Source: Desulfatiglandales bacterium
GTDB taxonomy: Bacteria; Desulfobacterota; DSM-4660; Desulfatiglandales; Desulfatiglandaceae
Direction: 5' to 3'
Assembly: GCA_963662465.1 (NCBI GenBank)
Contig: OY759599.1
Location: 6,400,001 to 6,464,000, forward strand
Length of the DNA: 64,000 nucleotides
Shown: piece by piece, positions 20,668-29,545 of the stretch
Numbering within the stretch: the stretch's first letter is position 1
Layout of the letters: every line of letters begins with the position of its first letter
Translations under genes and position numbers: made by a program
Notes under the pieces: model-generated
Seen by the model: the letters and a program-made list of their open reading frames with translations, nothing else
Told to the model about the DNA's origin: nothing
The model's database searches: none

Positions 20668-21060
20668 TAAGTACCGTTGCTCCAGAATTCGGTTTTCTAT
20701 TTTTGAGAAATCCATATAAGCCCGCATGGTTCTTGACTCGAAGATGTTGCGGACAAAAGGGAGATTGTCAGCCAGAATCACTCTGCTTCTGATGACCCTT
20801 GCCTTGAGGCCTTCCGAAGCGGTGTTCAAAATGACCAGGTCGATATCGTCCGTGCGCAGGATATCTATCAGATCACCCAGGATTTCCAGTCGTTTCTCTG
20901 AAAACGGTCCTTCTGTGAGATGAACGGCTATGTCCACGTCGCTGAACGGGGTGGGTACTCCCCTGGCCCGGCTTCCAAAGAGATAGGCAAAGGAAATATC
21001 ATCTCGTCCATTGAGGTAATTCTTGACAGCAAGCAAGTTTTCAGGAAGAGTTGCATTCAT
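20617..21060 (-). CDS. Minimal nucleotidyltransferase (MntA-like antitoxin); C-terminus altered by the MITE
   Basis: AYLFGSRARG....SDVDIAV, IDLVILN motifs. Confidence 0.88.
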   Translation of the reverse strand: MNATLPENLLAVKNYLNGRDDISFAYLFGSRARGVPTPFSDVDIAVHLTEGPFSEKRLEILGDLIDILRTDDIDLVILNTASEGLKARVIRSRVILADNLPFVRNIFESRTMRAYMDFSKIENRILEQRYLVSERKRRSDTVLSFRF

Positions 21061-21237
21061 AGAGGGCGTTAAAGTACAGCTCCATCGCCTGATTTACATG
21101 GCGATGGAACGGTTTCTCCAAGGTACTACAAATACTTATGGTCGATTATGATGAAATAATGATCTTTACCGCATCATGGAGCTTGCCCTATGAATTGTCA
21201 AGGTCTTCCTGTTGAACGACCATGATGCACCTGACGG

Positions 21238-21621
21238 TCATGGAGACTGGGGGAGCAAGACATCAACAATATCTCTCTTGATGGGGCTCACATCGGCTGC
21301 GTAGATCAGCAGTCCTCTTCCAAAGCAGTGGGCAAGACGGCAGAGAATCCCTTTATACTCCTTCCCCTCAAAGACAAAGGTCACCTCGGTTTCACTGTGG
21401 TCCGTCAGCCATTTGGAAAGGGTTTCCCTATCGGCGCTGTTGGCGTGATGAAGGAGAAGATACCGAATCCCATTCAGTTTGGCCGAAGAACTCTTAAGGG
21501 AATCGGATGATTCCATGACTTCGCACGGGAGTCTCATTTCCTCTTGACAGAATCCCGAGGATGCAGCGAAAAAGGACATGAGCGTACATACTACCAAAAA
21601 TAGCCATTTTCTCACAAACAT
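21238..21621 (-). CDS. Hypothetical exported protein
   Basis: AAGGAG SD, signal-like N-terminus, CRLAHCFGRGLL motif; family not recognised. Confidence 0.65.
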   Translation of the reverse strand: MFVRKWLFLVVCTLMSFFAASSGFCQEEMRLPCEVMESSDSLKSSSAKLNGIRYLLLHHANSADRETLSKWLTDHSETEVTFVFEGKEYKGILCRLAHCFGRGLLIYAADVSPIKRDIVDVLLPQSP

Positions 21622-21770
21622 GATTCAACTCCTTTCTTATCTTTTTTCCCAGTCCCGCTAAAGACGGGGGCTTCGACTTCCCAGCATTTGTTGTTATCTC
21701 TCTTTGCGGCTTTGCGCCTTTGCGCGAGGATTTTTAGAATTTTAGGACGTCCCCTGCTTTACAAATAGAC

Positions 21771-22439
21771 TTACAACCTGAATATCTCATCCATTTTGTT
21801 GGCTGTGAGAATTTGTTTTCCCCATCTCAACAGAGTTTCACTGTCAGCCGATTGAACCCTTTTTCGATCTATCAGGCTCATTTGTCCAAATTTCATCTCA
21901 ATAAGCTTTAAAAGAATGTTCGCTTCACCCTCCTTCCGGCCTTCGTTCCGGCCTTTCTTCAGGCCTTTCTTCAGGCCTTCGTTCCGGCCTTTCTTCAGGC
22001 CTTCTTTCAGCCCATCCCTCTTCCATTCTTCTTTCCATTCCGCAACGGTTTCAGCCAGCATGGCACGTACCTCCGTCAGTTCTTCAAATTCAGGGGGTAT
22101 CATTTCCTTTCCTCGGGACGGAAAAAATACCCGATTAAACCATACCGTAAAGGCGCGTCTCAAACTCGCCTGTTCGGGCGCTGCCAGCCAATCTAACAGC
22201 GCTGTTACCACCTCCCTGATCCGTTCCGGGTCCCGGCTGTTTTCCAAACGGAACAGGGCCGAAACAAGATTCTTAAGCGGTTTCAGATCTTCATCCCGGT
22301 AAACACCTTCGTCATGGGAATTTGGGCTTTCTGCCCATGCCGGGTCTTTCACGATTACGGTCGTTATTTGCGCCTCAGGCTCAAAAGGTATTTCCATCGC
22401 AAGCATATCTTCAGCCCCAATTTTTAATGAGTCAACCAA
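21771..22439 (-). pseudogene. Rpn/YhgA-like nuclease lacking its N-terminal nuclease domain; C-terminal RpnS-like ORF 22061-21771 intact
   Basis: NLVSALFRLENSR, SLRRAFTVW, xxEG repeats and DUF4351-like tail; first ~42 aa unrelated; internal GGAGG (22074-22070) before ATG 22061. Confidence 0.75.
21933..22016. repeat. Seven 12-bp coding tandem repeats (4-aa xxEG/xxKG units)
   Basis: cttccggccttc gttccggccttt cttcaggccttt ... read directly. Confidence 0.9.
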
Positions 22440-22540
22440 GTCCTTTCGAGTCTTTTCTTGCGCATTTACACCTGGTAAATCAACTAGCCAACCAATCCAC
22501 CAGTCGCCTGATTTTTTAATGATCGCTCTAAATTTTATGT

Positions 22541-22705
22541 CTACCTCACAAAAGGAATGTTCAGATCCTTACAGATTTTTCGAGCCAATTCATCCACCAC
22601 ATGCCTGTGTCTCGGGACTTCAGTTTTTAGTAGTCCTCTTTGGAATATGCTATGACGGCTACCCTCCCGCGCAAGAAATGCATCGTAGTTCTTGAGATGA
22701 GTTGA
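22541..22705 (-). pseudogene. HicA/YcfA-like toxin remnant, N-terminus replaced
   Basis: HLKNYDAFLAREGSRHSIF...VPRHRHVVDELARKICKDLNIP matches the HicA REG..H / VPRH pattern. Confidence 0.65.
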
Positions 22706-22909
22706 TTTCTTTTCACGGTTATCCATGTTTTCCGGGAAAGGTGAATTGTACTGGAAGGCTGTATAGAAGCACAGGGCTCGCAGGCTTAGGTGAAGAGTTT
22801 TCGGAACGCACCCTTTCGGTAAGTGCGTCCTCCAGGAATACCCCTCCCCATAGAACCGTTTAACGGGATGAAATGGGGGCAAATGAAGCAACTATTCACG
22901 TTTGTCTTC

Positions 22910-23128
22910 TCATTTTTCAAAAACATCTGCAGGCAGATCAAATTTCTTTATCAGGTCTTCAAGTGCGTATGGCAAGATTGTTGTTTTCTTGCCATGGGAT
23001 TTAACAGGGTAACTTCTATCTGTTTCAGGATCATAGAATTTGGGATGTCTGCCTTTTCCTGAAACATAGACTATGCCGTATCTCTTGAGTGAGTTAATTA
23101 CTTTTCTTAATTCCAGAGCTTTAGGCAT
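22910..23128 (-). CDS. HicA-family toxin
   Basis: 72 aa basic, GKGRHPKF, PVKSHG; overlaps upstream partner. Confidence 0.75.
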   Translation of the reverse strand: MPKALELRKVINSLKRYGIVYVSGKGRHPKFYDPETDRSYPVKSHGKKTTILPYALEDLIKKFDLPADVFEK

Positions 23129-23525
23129 AATGTATTTCGGTTGAAAATTCAGACATATTCGCGCTCGAAACGGAGCTAAACGTCTTTTTTAGCGATTTTT
23201 TCAACTGCCGTTTTAACTGCCTTGATTCCAACTCATTATACATCCTCCAATACTTCCCATGCGCGGGGTCAAATATCTTATCAACCGCATTGTTCTCGAC
23301 TGCTGTCAGGACGTACTCTTTTATCGATTCGGCCAAGGCATATAGAGCCTTGCTCTCATTCTCTCCATGGGAAGAAATTGTAAAATCAAGACAACGAGCA
23401 ACAGTGACATCGTCCTCTCTTGTTATGAGAATGTGGAGTATCGGACTTTCCCATAAGTTGCCAACTTTGATCTTTATTCTATCTGCTCTTTCACCTTTCA
23501 TGGTTCCCTCGTACTGTCGCAGCAA
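23121..23525 (-). CDS. HicB-like antitoxin
   Basis: VARCLDFTISSHGENESKAL..L.ESI partial RNase H-like motif; coupled to HicA. Confidence 0.7.
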   Translation of the reverse strand: MLRQYEGTMKGERADRIKIKVGNLWESPILHILITREDDVTVARCLDFTISSHGENESKALYALAESIKEYVLTAVENNAVDKIFDPAHGKYWRMYNELESRQLKRQLKKSLKKTFSSVSSANMSEFSTEIHYA

Positions 23526-23684
23526 TTTCCGCTGAACATATAACTCATTGAATCCTATAGCTTTTTACAAAGTCCGCTTCGAAAGCATTTTGACATCAAG
23601 TTAAGTTTTTTCAATAAGTTAGGTCGTTTTACTCCGGGAATTGCTGAACATTTCTGTAAAGGGTCTTTTGAGAATGATGTCAAG

Positions 23685-24836
23685 TCATTTTTTCCCTTTA
23701 TTCAGAACAGATATGACGGTTTCAGGTTCAAAAGTCAATCCTGTGGTTAAATTGCAACCATGGATGCAGCAGCACCTGCTAATGCGTTTTCGCATATTCG
23801 CGGCATCATCACACTTCCACAATCTTTTGAAATCATAATCAAATTGCCTAATATTCGCAAAAGGTTTTGACAATTCACAAAATGAAACATCTCCATCTGC
23901 AAACAGTACCGATTCCATAAAGCGGGCATAACAAGGAATTTCAGACTTGTGCTCCTCAAGCATCTTGATCGACAATTCCCAGATTCGTTGTTGACGGGAC
24001 GGCCAGAAATGGAAGTTGTTGTCGTCGCTCATTTTTTTTAGCAAAGTGTATACACCTTTAATACTTTCCAATGAAAGGAAGGCACTGTTTTGATCCTTGG
24101 GATCAAAACCGCTGTAAGTGCTTATTGGTAAATTGAAAACACCAAAGTTTCCTCCTCTGACAATATTGAACCGCAAAGGGATATTCAACGGCAAAAGATA
24201 TTCAACATACTCTTTAAGCTCCGGAAGATTACTCTTTTGAACCGCCAAAGCTGTCTTTAATTGAAGATGAGGGTGATGCTCACCAATCTTTTTCAGTTCC
24301 ATAATTGTAATCATTGCTTTTTGAAAAGAACCTTTCACTCCCCTGATGGCATCATGGGTTCCTTCCAGGCCATCTAACGAAACCTGAACACTGAGACTTG
24401 ACAAATTGCCGGCCTCAAGAACAGAACGAATTGTTTCAACGATATTTTCAGTCAGCGTACCGTTTGTTGCAATGCCCACTTCCCGTGTCCCACATCCTGC
24501 ATGAAAGGCCTCGATGATTTCCTTGAGATCCTTTCTAAGAAAAGGCTCTCCTCCCGTCAGAGACAGAGAAACGGGATGCATAAAGGATTGCGCAATTTTC
24601 CTGATTTCGTCAATGGATAATTCCGTGTCTGAAGCCGTATTGAGTTCTCGCCAATAGAAACAATGGCTGCAGCGAAGGTTGCATCGAGAGGTCACAAAAA
24701 AAATCAATGCGACCGGGGTTTCCAACTGTTGAACCCATTTCTTTTTGTGATTGCAATAGGCTCTGGCAATGGGAAGCTGAACAAAATGTGGCAGTTTGGA
24801 AAATATTTCTTTTTTGTTGGGGGGCGATGGAAGCAT
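23685..24836 (-). CDS. Radical SAM protein with SPASM/twitch-like C-terminus
   Basis: CNLRCSHC, TGGEPFLR, VSLDG..THDAIRG, C-terminal Cys cluster. Confidence 0.92.
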   Translation of the reverse strand: MLPSPPNKKEIFSKLPHFVQLPIARAYCNHKKKWVQQLETPVALIFFVTSRCNLRCSHCFYWRELNTASDTELSIDEIRKIAQSFMHPVSLSLTGGEPFLRKDLKEIIEAFHAGCGTREVGIATNGTLTENIVETIRSVLEAGNLSSLSVQVSLDGLEGTHDAIRGVKGSFQKAMITIMELKKIGEHHPHLQLKTALAVQKSNLPELKEYVEYLLPLNIPLRFNIVRGGNFGVFNLPISTYSGFDPKDQNSAFLSLESIKGVYTLLKKMSDDNNFHFWPSRQQRIWELSIKMLEEHKSEIPCYARFMESVLFADGDVSFCELSKPFANIRQFDYDFKRLWKCDDAANMRKRISRCCCIHGCNLTTGLTFEPETVISVLNKGKK

Positions 24837-24839
24837 TTT

Positions 24840-25952
24840 TTATGACCTTTTGGTTAGCGATTTAATATCAATGGGCAAAACGTCGAGCGATGGATTACCT
24901 GAAAAAAAGATTTCATTTTCAAACCGTTCCATTTCCTGGTCACACAAAAAATCGACATTTCTGAGTTTTTTAAGTTCAGCATAGTTTGATATGTTCACCC
25001 CATATGCCTTCAATAGAAAATACCCTCCAAAATAGTTTTCAGGCACCAATTTGATATTATTACGCTTCTTGATAAATATTTTTGGCGCCAGAGCGAGATA
25101 AAATAAAACAAAGTTGGAGAAATCCATCATGAAAACAAAAAGGTTTCTTGGAAAGGAAAAATGTTTCAGATTGAACCGAACACGGGTCCGATGGTAACGA
25201 AGGGTTTCGTCCGCATACCTGCCCAGCGTTGATTTATGGTGATGAACGCCCAGTGGGAAGCTTACTCTGTTAACATATCCTTTTTTCAGAATTCGAAAGC
25301 CGAAATCCGTATCTTCCCCCCCGAATTTGTAGTAGGGGTCAAAACCGCCAACCTCAAAGGCCACTTCCTTTCTTACCATACAGTTGCAGGTGGCCAGATA
25401 GGTGCATTCCTTCATCTGATTTTCGGTCTTTTCATCCTTTCTTGAAATGACGTCATGATTTCGGCCGAAGAAATCTCTTCTTATGCCTTTCGCTACATCC
25501 ATCATGTTCCGATACACCGGAATTTCACCCCCGATTTCTCCAATGCTTCGGTCCTGGGATAAGGTTTCAACCATCCGTCGAACCATATCCTTTTTTGGAA
25601 GAATCACATCGCTGTCCAGAAAAAGGATGAATTCTCCCCGTGCTACCCTCAAACCCAGATTTCTAAGATGGGAAGGTCCGTAACGACGGGCACATGAGAT
25701 CAAACGAACATCCGGATAGTTTAGCCTGAGAAAGGCAATGGTATCATCTTCACTGCAATCGTCCACAACGATGATTTCAAGGGCGGCCGAAGTTTGGGCC
25801 AGTAAGGAATCGATGCACCGGCAGAGATCATATTTCCTGTTAAATGACGGGATGATAACGGAAACCAACGTTTTGGTTGTGTTTTCAGGCATGCGGTTTA
25901 TCATGACAATTGTTTCAAATACATTTCCTTGTTCAGCCGACAATCGTTTCAA
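24840..25952 (-). CDS. Glycosyltransferase family 2
   Basis: VSVIIPSFNR, VVDDCSED, FLDSD, GGFD...GEDTD. Confidence 0.93.
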   Translation of the reverse strand: MKRLSAEQGNVFETIVMINRMPENTTKTLVSVIIPSFNRKYDLCRCIDSLLAQTSAALEIIVVDDCSEDDTIAFLRLNYPDVRLISCARRYGPSHLRNLGLRVARGEFILFLDSDVILPKKDMVRRMVETLSQDRSIGEIGGEIPVYRNMMDVAKGIRRDFFGRNHDVISRKDEKTENQMKECTYLATCNCMVRKEVAFEVGGFDPYYKFGGEDTDFGFRILKKGYVNRVSFPLGVHHHKSTLGRYADETLRYHRTRVRFNLKHFSFPRNLFVFMMDFSNFVLFYLALAPKIFIKKRNNIKLVPENYFGGYFLLKAYGVNISNYAELKKLRNVDFLCDQEMERFENEIFFSGNPSLDVLPIDIKSLTKRS

Positions 25953-26136
25953 TTATTTCTTCAACGACGTCTCTCAGGTTTACAGGCCCGCTTTCAACAA
26001 CGCTATTGGAAAGATGTTTGTGATGAGGGAAGGTCGAAAGATCCGAATGATGTGGAACATTATTCGGATTGACGCTAAACCAGTCGGAAACTTGACAGGC
26101 AATTCTGATTCCCTTCAGCTCTTTTTCAACATTCAT
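25933..26136 (-). pseudogene. DUF6516/TumE-like toxin with central deletion
   Basis: Retains C-terminal NVPHH....FPHHKH but only 67 aa; start overlaps partner stop. Confidence 0.65.
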
Positions 26137-26413
26137 ATTTTAGATTTTTAAGATCGTCTAATTTTTTTTTCAACAAAGTTATGACTGCCGCGACATGTTC
26201 CCACTCAACCCACTCTTTTCTATCACCGAGGTCTCCCCTATTAAACGACATCGTAAAAGTTTGGGTATCCATGCCGTTGGCGTGCTCAAATTTTGTGGCC
26301 TTCTTTTTATAAACCGATAGTTTCCTTTCCAAAACTGCCTTGCCGATATTGATACTCTCCTGCAAACTTGACAGGCTATTCTTTTCGATCAGGATCGTTG
26401 CATATTCGTCCAT
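26126..26413 (-). CDS. TumA-like antitoxin
   Basis: FE...GM....F...F..GDLGD..EW.EW pattern; AAGGAGG SD. Confidence 0.65.
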   Translation of the reverse strand: MDEYATILIEKNSLSSLQESINIGKAVLERKLSVYKKKATKFEHANGMDTQTFTMSFNRGDLGDRKEWVEWEHVAAVITLLKKKLDDLKNLKYEC

Positions 26414-26485
26414 TGATTCCCTCCTTTATCTGCGCTAATCGTATAGTATCCACATCTTTTCTCCTCCCCTGGTAAGCGCCGTCGA

Positions 26486-27064
26486 CTACCCCCAGACCTC
26501 GGATAAATCAATCTTCAATCCTTCAAGCGCATTGCTTTCAAGAATATCATTTTCGATCAGATATTCCGGTTTGCCGTATTCCGACCCCTTAAGGCGGTAT
26601 AATAAGACGTACTTTGCGTCGGGATTGAAAATCCAGTATTCTTTAACGCCGTATTTTTCATAGAGGAGCAGCTTCTCGGTCTGATCTTTATAGGACGTAG
26701 TGGGGGACAAAATCTCCACCGTAATATCGGGCACACCAAGACAACCCCTCTTATCAAGCCTGCTTTGGTCGCAAATAACCGTAAGATCCGGTTGCACGAC
26801 CGTTTCAATCTCTTCGTTTGCCTTGTCTTTATCAGCGGCAATCCGGACATCGAAAGGGGCGGCAAAGGCCTGACAGCGTTTGTCTTTCAGGAAAGCATAC
26901 AATATTCCCGATAACCTAAAAGAAACGCGCTGGTGCTCGGTACTCGGTGCAGGAGATATATCATAGACCACGCCTTCGATTATTTCCCACCGTTCATTTT
27001 CAGTCCAGGTAAGATAATCGGCGTAAGTGAAGGGTCTATTCAGTTTCTTGGCTAATGGGGGCAT
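26486..27064 (-). CDS. Uma2 family endonuclease
   Basis: FTYADY, SPAPSTEHQ, VVQPD, PDITVEILSP, YEKYGVKEYW; ATG 27064 has GAGG SD. Confidence 0.92.
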   Translation of the reverse strand: MPPLAKKLNRPFTYADYLTWTENERWEIIEGVVYDISPAPSTEHQRVSFRLSGILYAFLKDKRCQAFAAPFDVRIAADKDKANEEIETVVQPDLTVICDQSRLDKRGCLGVPDITVEILSPTTSYKDQTEKLLLYEKYGVKEYWIFNPDAKYVLLYRLKGSEYGKPEYLIENDILESNALEGLKIDLSEVWG

Positions 27065-27096
27065 TTTTTTCCTCGAGGATCGTATCGATAACAATA

Positions 27097-27330
27097 CTAT
27101 TCATCAGTTCTACCGCGGAGTTGATCCATCATACGATCCATGCTCGCTCTGCTTTGGCTCTCTCCGCGACCAAGCCATTTCATGAATTTATTTTCACCTC
27201 TGCTTTTCACAATAAGCGCCTTGTTACCCTCAACAAATATTTCAACATCCATTCCCGGCATGAAGCCAAATTTATTTCTTATAGTTTGAGGAATGGTTAT
27301 TTGTCCCTTGCTTGTTATCTTTGATATTAT
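27097..27330 (-). CDS. AbrB/MazE/SpoVT-type antitoxin with no ATG/GTG/TTG start (ATA or mutated start)
   Basis: Hand translation: IISKITSKGQITIPQTIRNKFGFMPGMDVEIFVEGNKALIVK...DQLRGRTDE*; overlapped by a PIN-like start MNSIVIDT at 27104. Confidence 0.75.
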   Translation of the reverse strand: MISKITSKGQITIPQTIRNKFGFMPGMDVEIFVEGNKALIVKSRGENKFMKWLGRGESQSRASMDRMMDQLRGRTDE

Positions 27331-27350
27331 CCTAGTCCTTTTCGCGAAAA

Positions 27351-27376
27351 GTATTACATCCCCATCGCTGTAATAC
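27351..27376. promoter_or_regulatory. Probable TA operator palindrome
   Basis: gtattaca-N10-tgtaatac just upstream of the AbrB-type ORF. Confidence 0.55.
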
Positions 27377-27678
27377 CAAGAAAACCGAACGTCAAGCTCA
27401 TTTTCAGCGTCGCCTTTGGCCGAAAAAAGGGTTAGGCAGATGATACAAAAACTTTGCTGATACCACGTCTTTGCAGGCTACACGTTGCATGTTTCGGGCA
27501 TTCACGAATGCACCCCCACGCTTCTTCTTTTACGAAGGATTGTTCCCACGAAGAATTCAGAAGTCTGAATTCTTCGTACAACAACAAAAAAAACCATGTA
27601 ATCCGTCAAATCCGCCTGCCCCGTTAAATTTGCTTTTTCTTTTATTTCGACATCGGTGCAATCTGTGAAATCTGTGGA

Positions 27679-29541
27679 CTATGAATAAATATCGAGCCAG
27701 TGATACAGAACCAGTAGAGAAAAGATCCGCCTGCTGTAATCTTCCTTTTTTTTGCTGTGCCTTTCAAACATGTTTTCAAGATATTTTCTCTGAAACCAAC
27801 CAGTTCCCAGCAGTTTTCCACTGAAAATGATATCTTTGGCCGGTCCCAGCAGATCCCCTGCAAACCAGTGCTGGGTGGGGACCGTGAAACCCTTCTTCTT
27901 TCGGTAAATGATCTCTTTTGGGAGAATGCCCTCCATTAGTTTTTTGAGGATGAATTTACCTTCCCCATTGCGGATCTTGTAATGGGAGGGCAGCGAAGAC
28001 GCAAATGAGACGATCTCGTGATCCAGAAAAGGAACACGGAGTTCGATGGAAGCGGCCATGGTCATCTTGTCCGCCTTCAGGAGGAGATCGTCTGGAAGCC
28101 ATGTCTTTGCATCAACGTACAGCAGTTGCGACAGGGTGTCGCGGTGCGCTACATCCCTGAACCATCCATGAAATGCATCATCCACATGGCGGCCTTCATG
28201 CACATAGGCTAGAAAGTCCGGTGAGTAGAAGGATTGCCTGATTCTGTGGGTCACATCAGCCGAGGTCCCCCGGTATCGATCGGACAGGGGGCTTGAAAAC
28301 CAGTCTATATATTTCTTGATTCGGTCCCCGGGCGTCAGGTTGTGGGGAAGGTGTTTGAGCGCCCTGAAGAGGGGAAAGTGCTTCTCTATCTGCAACATCT
28401 TTCGATAGAGACCGTAACCGCCGAATATTTCATCGCTTCCTTCCCCTGACAGCAGGACCGTGGCGTGGGGTTTTGCAGCTGTGGCGATCTGGTAAAGGGG
28501 AATGGCAGGTGTCTCTACCAGGGGTTCTTCTGCCATTTTTACCATCTGAGGGATGGAATCGAGAAAATCATAGGGTTTCAGAATGAACTCGTGGTGTTCG
28601 GTCCCGAACAGTTCCGCGATTTTCCGGGCATGAGGAAGTTCGTTTGCCGCATCGTCTCCCTCATAGCCCACTGAAAAGGTCTTGATCCGTTGATTGCTTA
28701 CACGGCACATGATGGCTGTGATGGCGCTGGAGTCCAGCCCCCCGCTCAGGAATACCCCCAACGGCACCTCGCTCATAAGCCGCATTTGGACGGACTCCCA
28801 CAGCAATTCCCGGAGTTTTTTAACGGCATCCGTAAATGTAAGGTTGGACGGCACAACCCGGTTGAATTTCCAGTAGGGGTATGTTTGTACGTTTCCATTT
28901 GCACTAACGGTCATCGTATGTCCCGGCATGAGTTTCAGGATGCCTTTGAACATGGTTCCGGGGCATGGCGTGTATCCCAGGGTCAGGAAGGCGTCAAGTG
29001 CGGTTTTTTCGAGATTGCTGCGGACTAGGGAAGAGGCCAGGATGGCCCTTATCTCGGAGGCAAACACAAAGTCCTTATGGCCCGGATAATAATAGAGGGG
29101 TTTGATGCCCATGCGATCCCGGGCAAGGAAAAGAACTTTGCAGGCCTCGTCCCAGATGGCAAAGGCGAACATGCCTCTCAAACGATCCACACACCGTTTA
29201 CCCCATTGACGGTAGGCTGCAAGGAGTACCTCCGTATCGGATGTGGTGCAGAAAGTGTGTCCCAGGCCTTTCAGTTCCCGGCGGAGCGTCAGGTAGTTAT
29301 AAATCTCTCCATTATAAACAATCACCTGTAAGGATTCAGGGCCACCGCTCTTCATGGGCTGATGTCCGCCCTCGATATCAATGATGCTCAGCCTGCGATG
29401 GCCGAGACCGATCCTACCGTTCACGTAAACGCCGGCGTCGTCGGGGCCCCGGTGGCCCAGGGTGGCCGACATACGGGCGATCAGCGATGGATCAACTTCG
29501 CCGTTCTTATCAAATCTCAGTATCCCGCAAAATCCGCACAT
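27679..29541 (-). CDS. asnB: Asparagine synthase (glutamine-hydrolysing)-like amidotransferase, EPS associated
   Basis: MCG N-terminus, HRGPD, HRRLSIID, NGEIYN, LSGGLDSS, SGEGSDE, ELRVPFLD. Confidence 0.92.
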   Translation of the reverse strand: MCGFCGILRFDKNGEVDPSLIARMSATLGHRGPDDAGVYVNGRIGLGHRRLSIIDIEGGHQPMKSGGPESLQVIVYNGEIYNYLTLRRELKGLGHTFCTTSDTEVLLAAYRQWGKRCVDRLRGMFAFAIWDEACKVLFLARDRMGIKPLYYYPGHKDFVFASEIRAILASSLVRSNLEKTALDAFLTLGYTPCPGTMFKGILKLMPGHTMTVSANGNVQTYPYWKFNRVVPSNLTFTDAVKKLRELLWESVQMRLMSEVPLGVFLSGGLDSSAITAIMCRVSNQRIKTFSVGYEGDDAANELPHARKIAELFGTEHHEFILKPYDFLDSIPQMVKMAEEPLVETPAIPLYQIATAAKPHATVLLSGEGSDEIFGGYGLYRKMLQIEKHFPLFRALKHLPHNLTPGDRIKKYIDWFSSPLSDRYRGTSADVTHRIRQSFYSPDFLAYVHEGRHVDDAFHGWFRDVAHRDTLSQLLYVDAKTWLPDDLLLKADKMTMAASIELRVPFLDHEIVSFASSLPSHYKIRNGEGKFILKKLMEGILPKEIIYRKKKGFTVPTQHWFAGDLLGPAKDIIFSGKLLGTGWFQRKYLENMFERHSKKKEDYSRRIFSLLVLYHWLDIYS

Positions 29542-29545
29542 GGGT

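Noticed and set aside
27075..27085. Truncations caused by ligation at GATC sites
   Set aside because: GATC is near this junction but does not coincide with the other breakpoints
17010..27400. Integron cassette array
   Set aside because: Genes are small and co-oriented, but no integrase and no recurring attC-like RYYYAAC...GTTRRRY sites were recognised
27548..27577. 13-bp perfect hairpin as an intrinsic terminator
   Set aside because: No U-tract follows it on either strand; function unassigned
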